From Azolla caroliniana (taxonomy: Eukaryota; Plantae; Polypodiophyta), in NCBI GenBank assembly GCA_043228905.1, contig JBHGNT010000109.1:1-64000 (forward strand): DNA of 64,000 nucleotides, in the 5' to 3' direction. Shown here piece after piece: positions 62,911 to 64,000 of this stretch. The stretch's first letter is position 1, and each line of letters starts with the position of its first letter. A program made the translations under genes and the position numbers. Under the pieces are notes generated by a model, which worked only from the letters and a program-made list of their open reading frames with translations, was not told the DNA's origin and did no database searches.

Positions 62911-64000
62911 TGTCATGATATGGCAAGACTCGAACCCATGACCTTATGCTACATGGGTCGAGCTCTTGACCATTAGACTATACATTGTAATACGTAGAAT
63001 ATTATTTTCATTTATGTTTTATTATAGAAAATTGATGTATATTCCAGATTTCTCTGGAACATTCTAGAAACTTCAGGAGTATTCCTTAGAACACTATAAG
63101 AGGCACAAGGCATTATTTCGAACCAAATCGGTTCAACGCCAGTCTTAAGCCTCCTAGCTACTGTACATTTTCTTCACATAATATATATCTTTTCTTATCA
63201 TCACTCTCTCTCTCTCTCTCGATCTCTCTCTCCCTCCCTCTCACTCACTCTTTCCTTCTCTCGAGAGTTCTTCACCTCTCTTAGTACTAATACTTCTTTT
63301 AGTACTAATTCCTTCTCTGTCTTAGTACTGTTCCTGACAGTTTGAACCGATTTCCCTACCTTCTGTCTCTCTCATTTCCTACTAATCTCTTATTCCTCTT
63401 TTCTTTCATCCCATGGCCACTGTTAGCGCTGAAGAATATCAATTTGTTTTCTCAGAATTTCAATGCTTGAAAGAGAAGTTCCATGCTTTGGAACAAGAAA
63501 ATCAACGGTTGCTGGGGGATCTTCAGCAAATCTCCTTAGAAAAGCAGCAAACGCAACAACAGCATGGGGAACTTGTGTTACGCGTGCAACAACTCGAAGC
63601 CACCATCGTAGCGATGCAACAACAAGGGCCCGGAACACAAGGGATTCATAAAGAACCCAAGATTGGCCTTCCCACGAAGTTCGATGGAACGCGATCGCAG
63701 TTTAGAGGGTTCCTTAACCAGGTACGATTAGTTATTCAAATGCATCCTTCCCGATATCCCACCGATGCATCACAAGTGGATTTAGTAGGCACTTTGTTAA
63801 GTGGCTCAGCGTTGGCATGGTTCGCTCCACTATTAGAAAAGGAATCTCCGTTACTCAACAATTTTGAAGAGTTTCTAGGTGAGTTTAAAGCATGTTTCGG
63901 AGATACTGACAGCATCAGGACCGCAATCAACAAAATTCGGCGATTACGCCAAGGTGACCGTCCAGCCTCTGCATACGCTGCAGATTTTCGCCTACTCGCC
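62911..64000 (+). mobile_element. Gypsy G (same family as F): 5' LTR 62911-63339 and start of gag, running off the window
   Basis: LTR homologous to the reverse complement of 47112-47558; gag KIGLPTKFDGTRSQFRGFLNQVRLVIQMHPSRYP. Confidence 0.92.

Overview
Eukaryotic (land-plant) nuclear DNA; the retroelement types and the storage-protein gene suggest a seed-free plant such as a fern (inference). 1-10185 is a head-to-tail array of apparently identical 1652-bp units (6 complete, plus a partial unit running off the left edge). Each unit carries an intronless, secreted, Arg/Glu-rich 2S-albumin-like gene with an RY/ABRE/TATA promoter. The remaining ~54 kb is a nest of mostly decayed Ty1/Copia and Ty3/Gypsy elements that can be unpicked using target-site duplications (TSDs). 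Doing so reveals: (i) a spliced, prokaryote-type beta-class N4-cytosine/N6-adenine DNA methyltransferase pseudogene (48204-48561 + 58838-59065); (ii) a Tcn1/Tf1-like chromovirus family with a self-priming signature in place of a tRNA PBS and a tRNA-like hairpin at its LTR end; (iii) a 23-kb composite insertion with two different LTRs under one TSD, carrying a ~1000-codon extra ORF after pol; (iv) one young, nearly intact Copia element. All comparisons were made by eye; no database searches were run.
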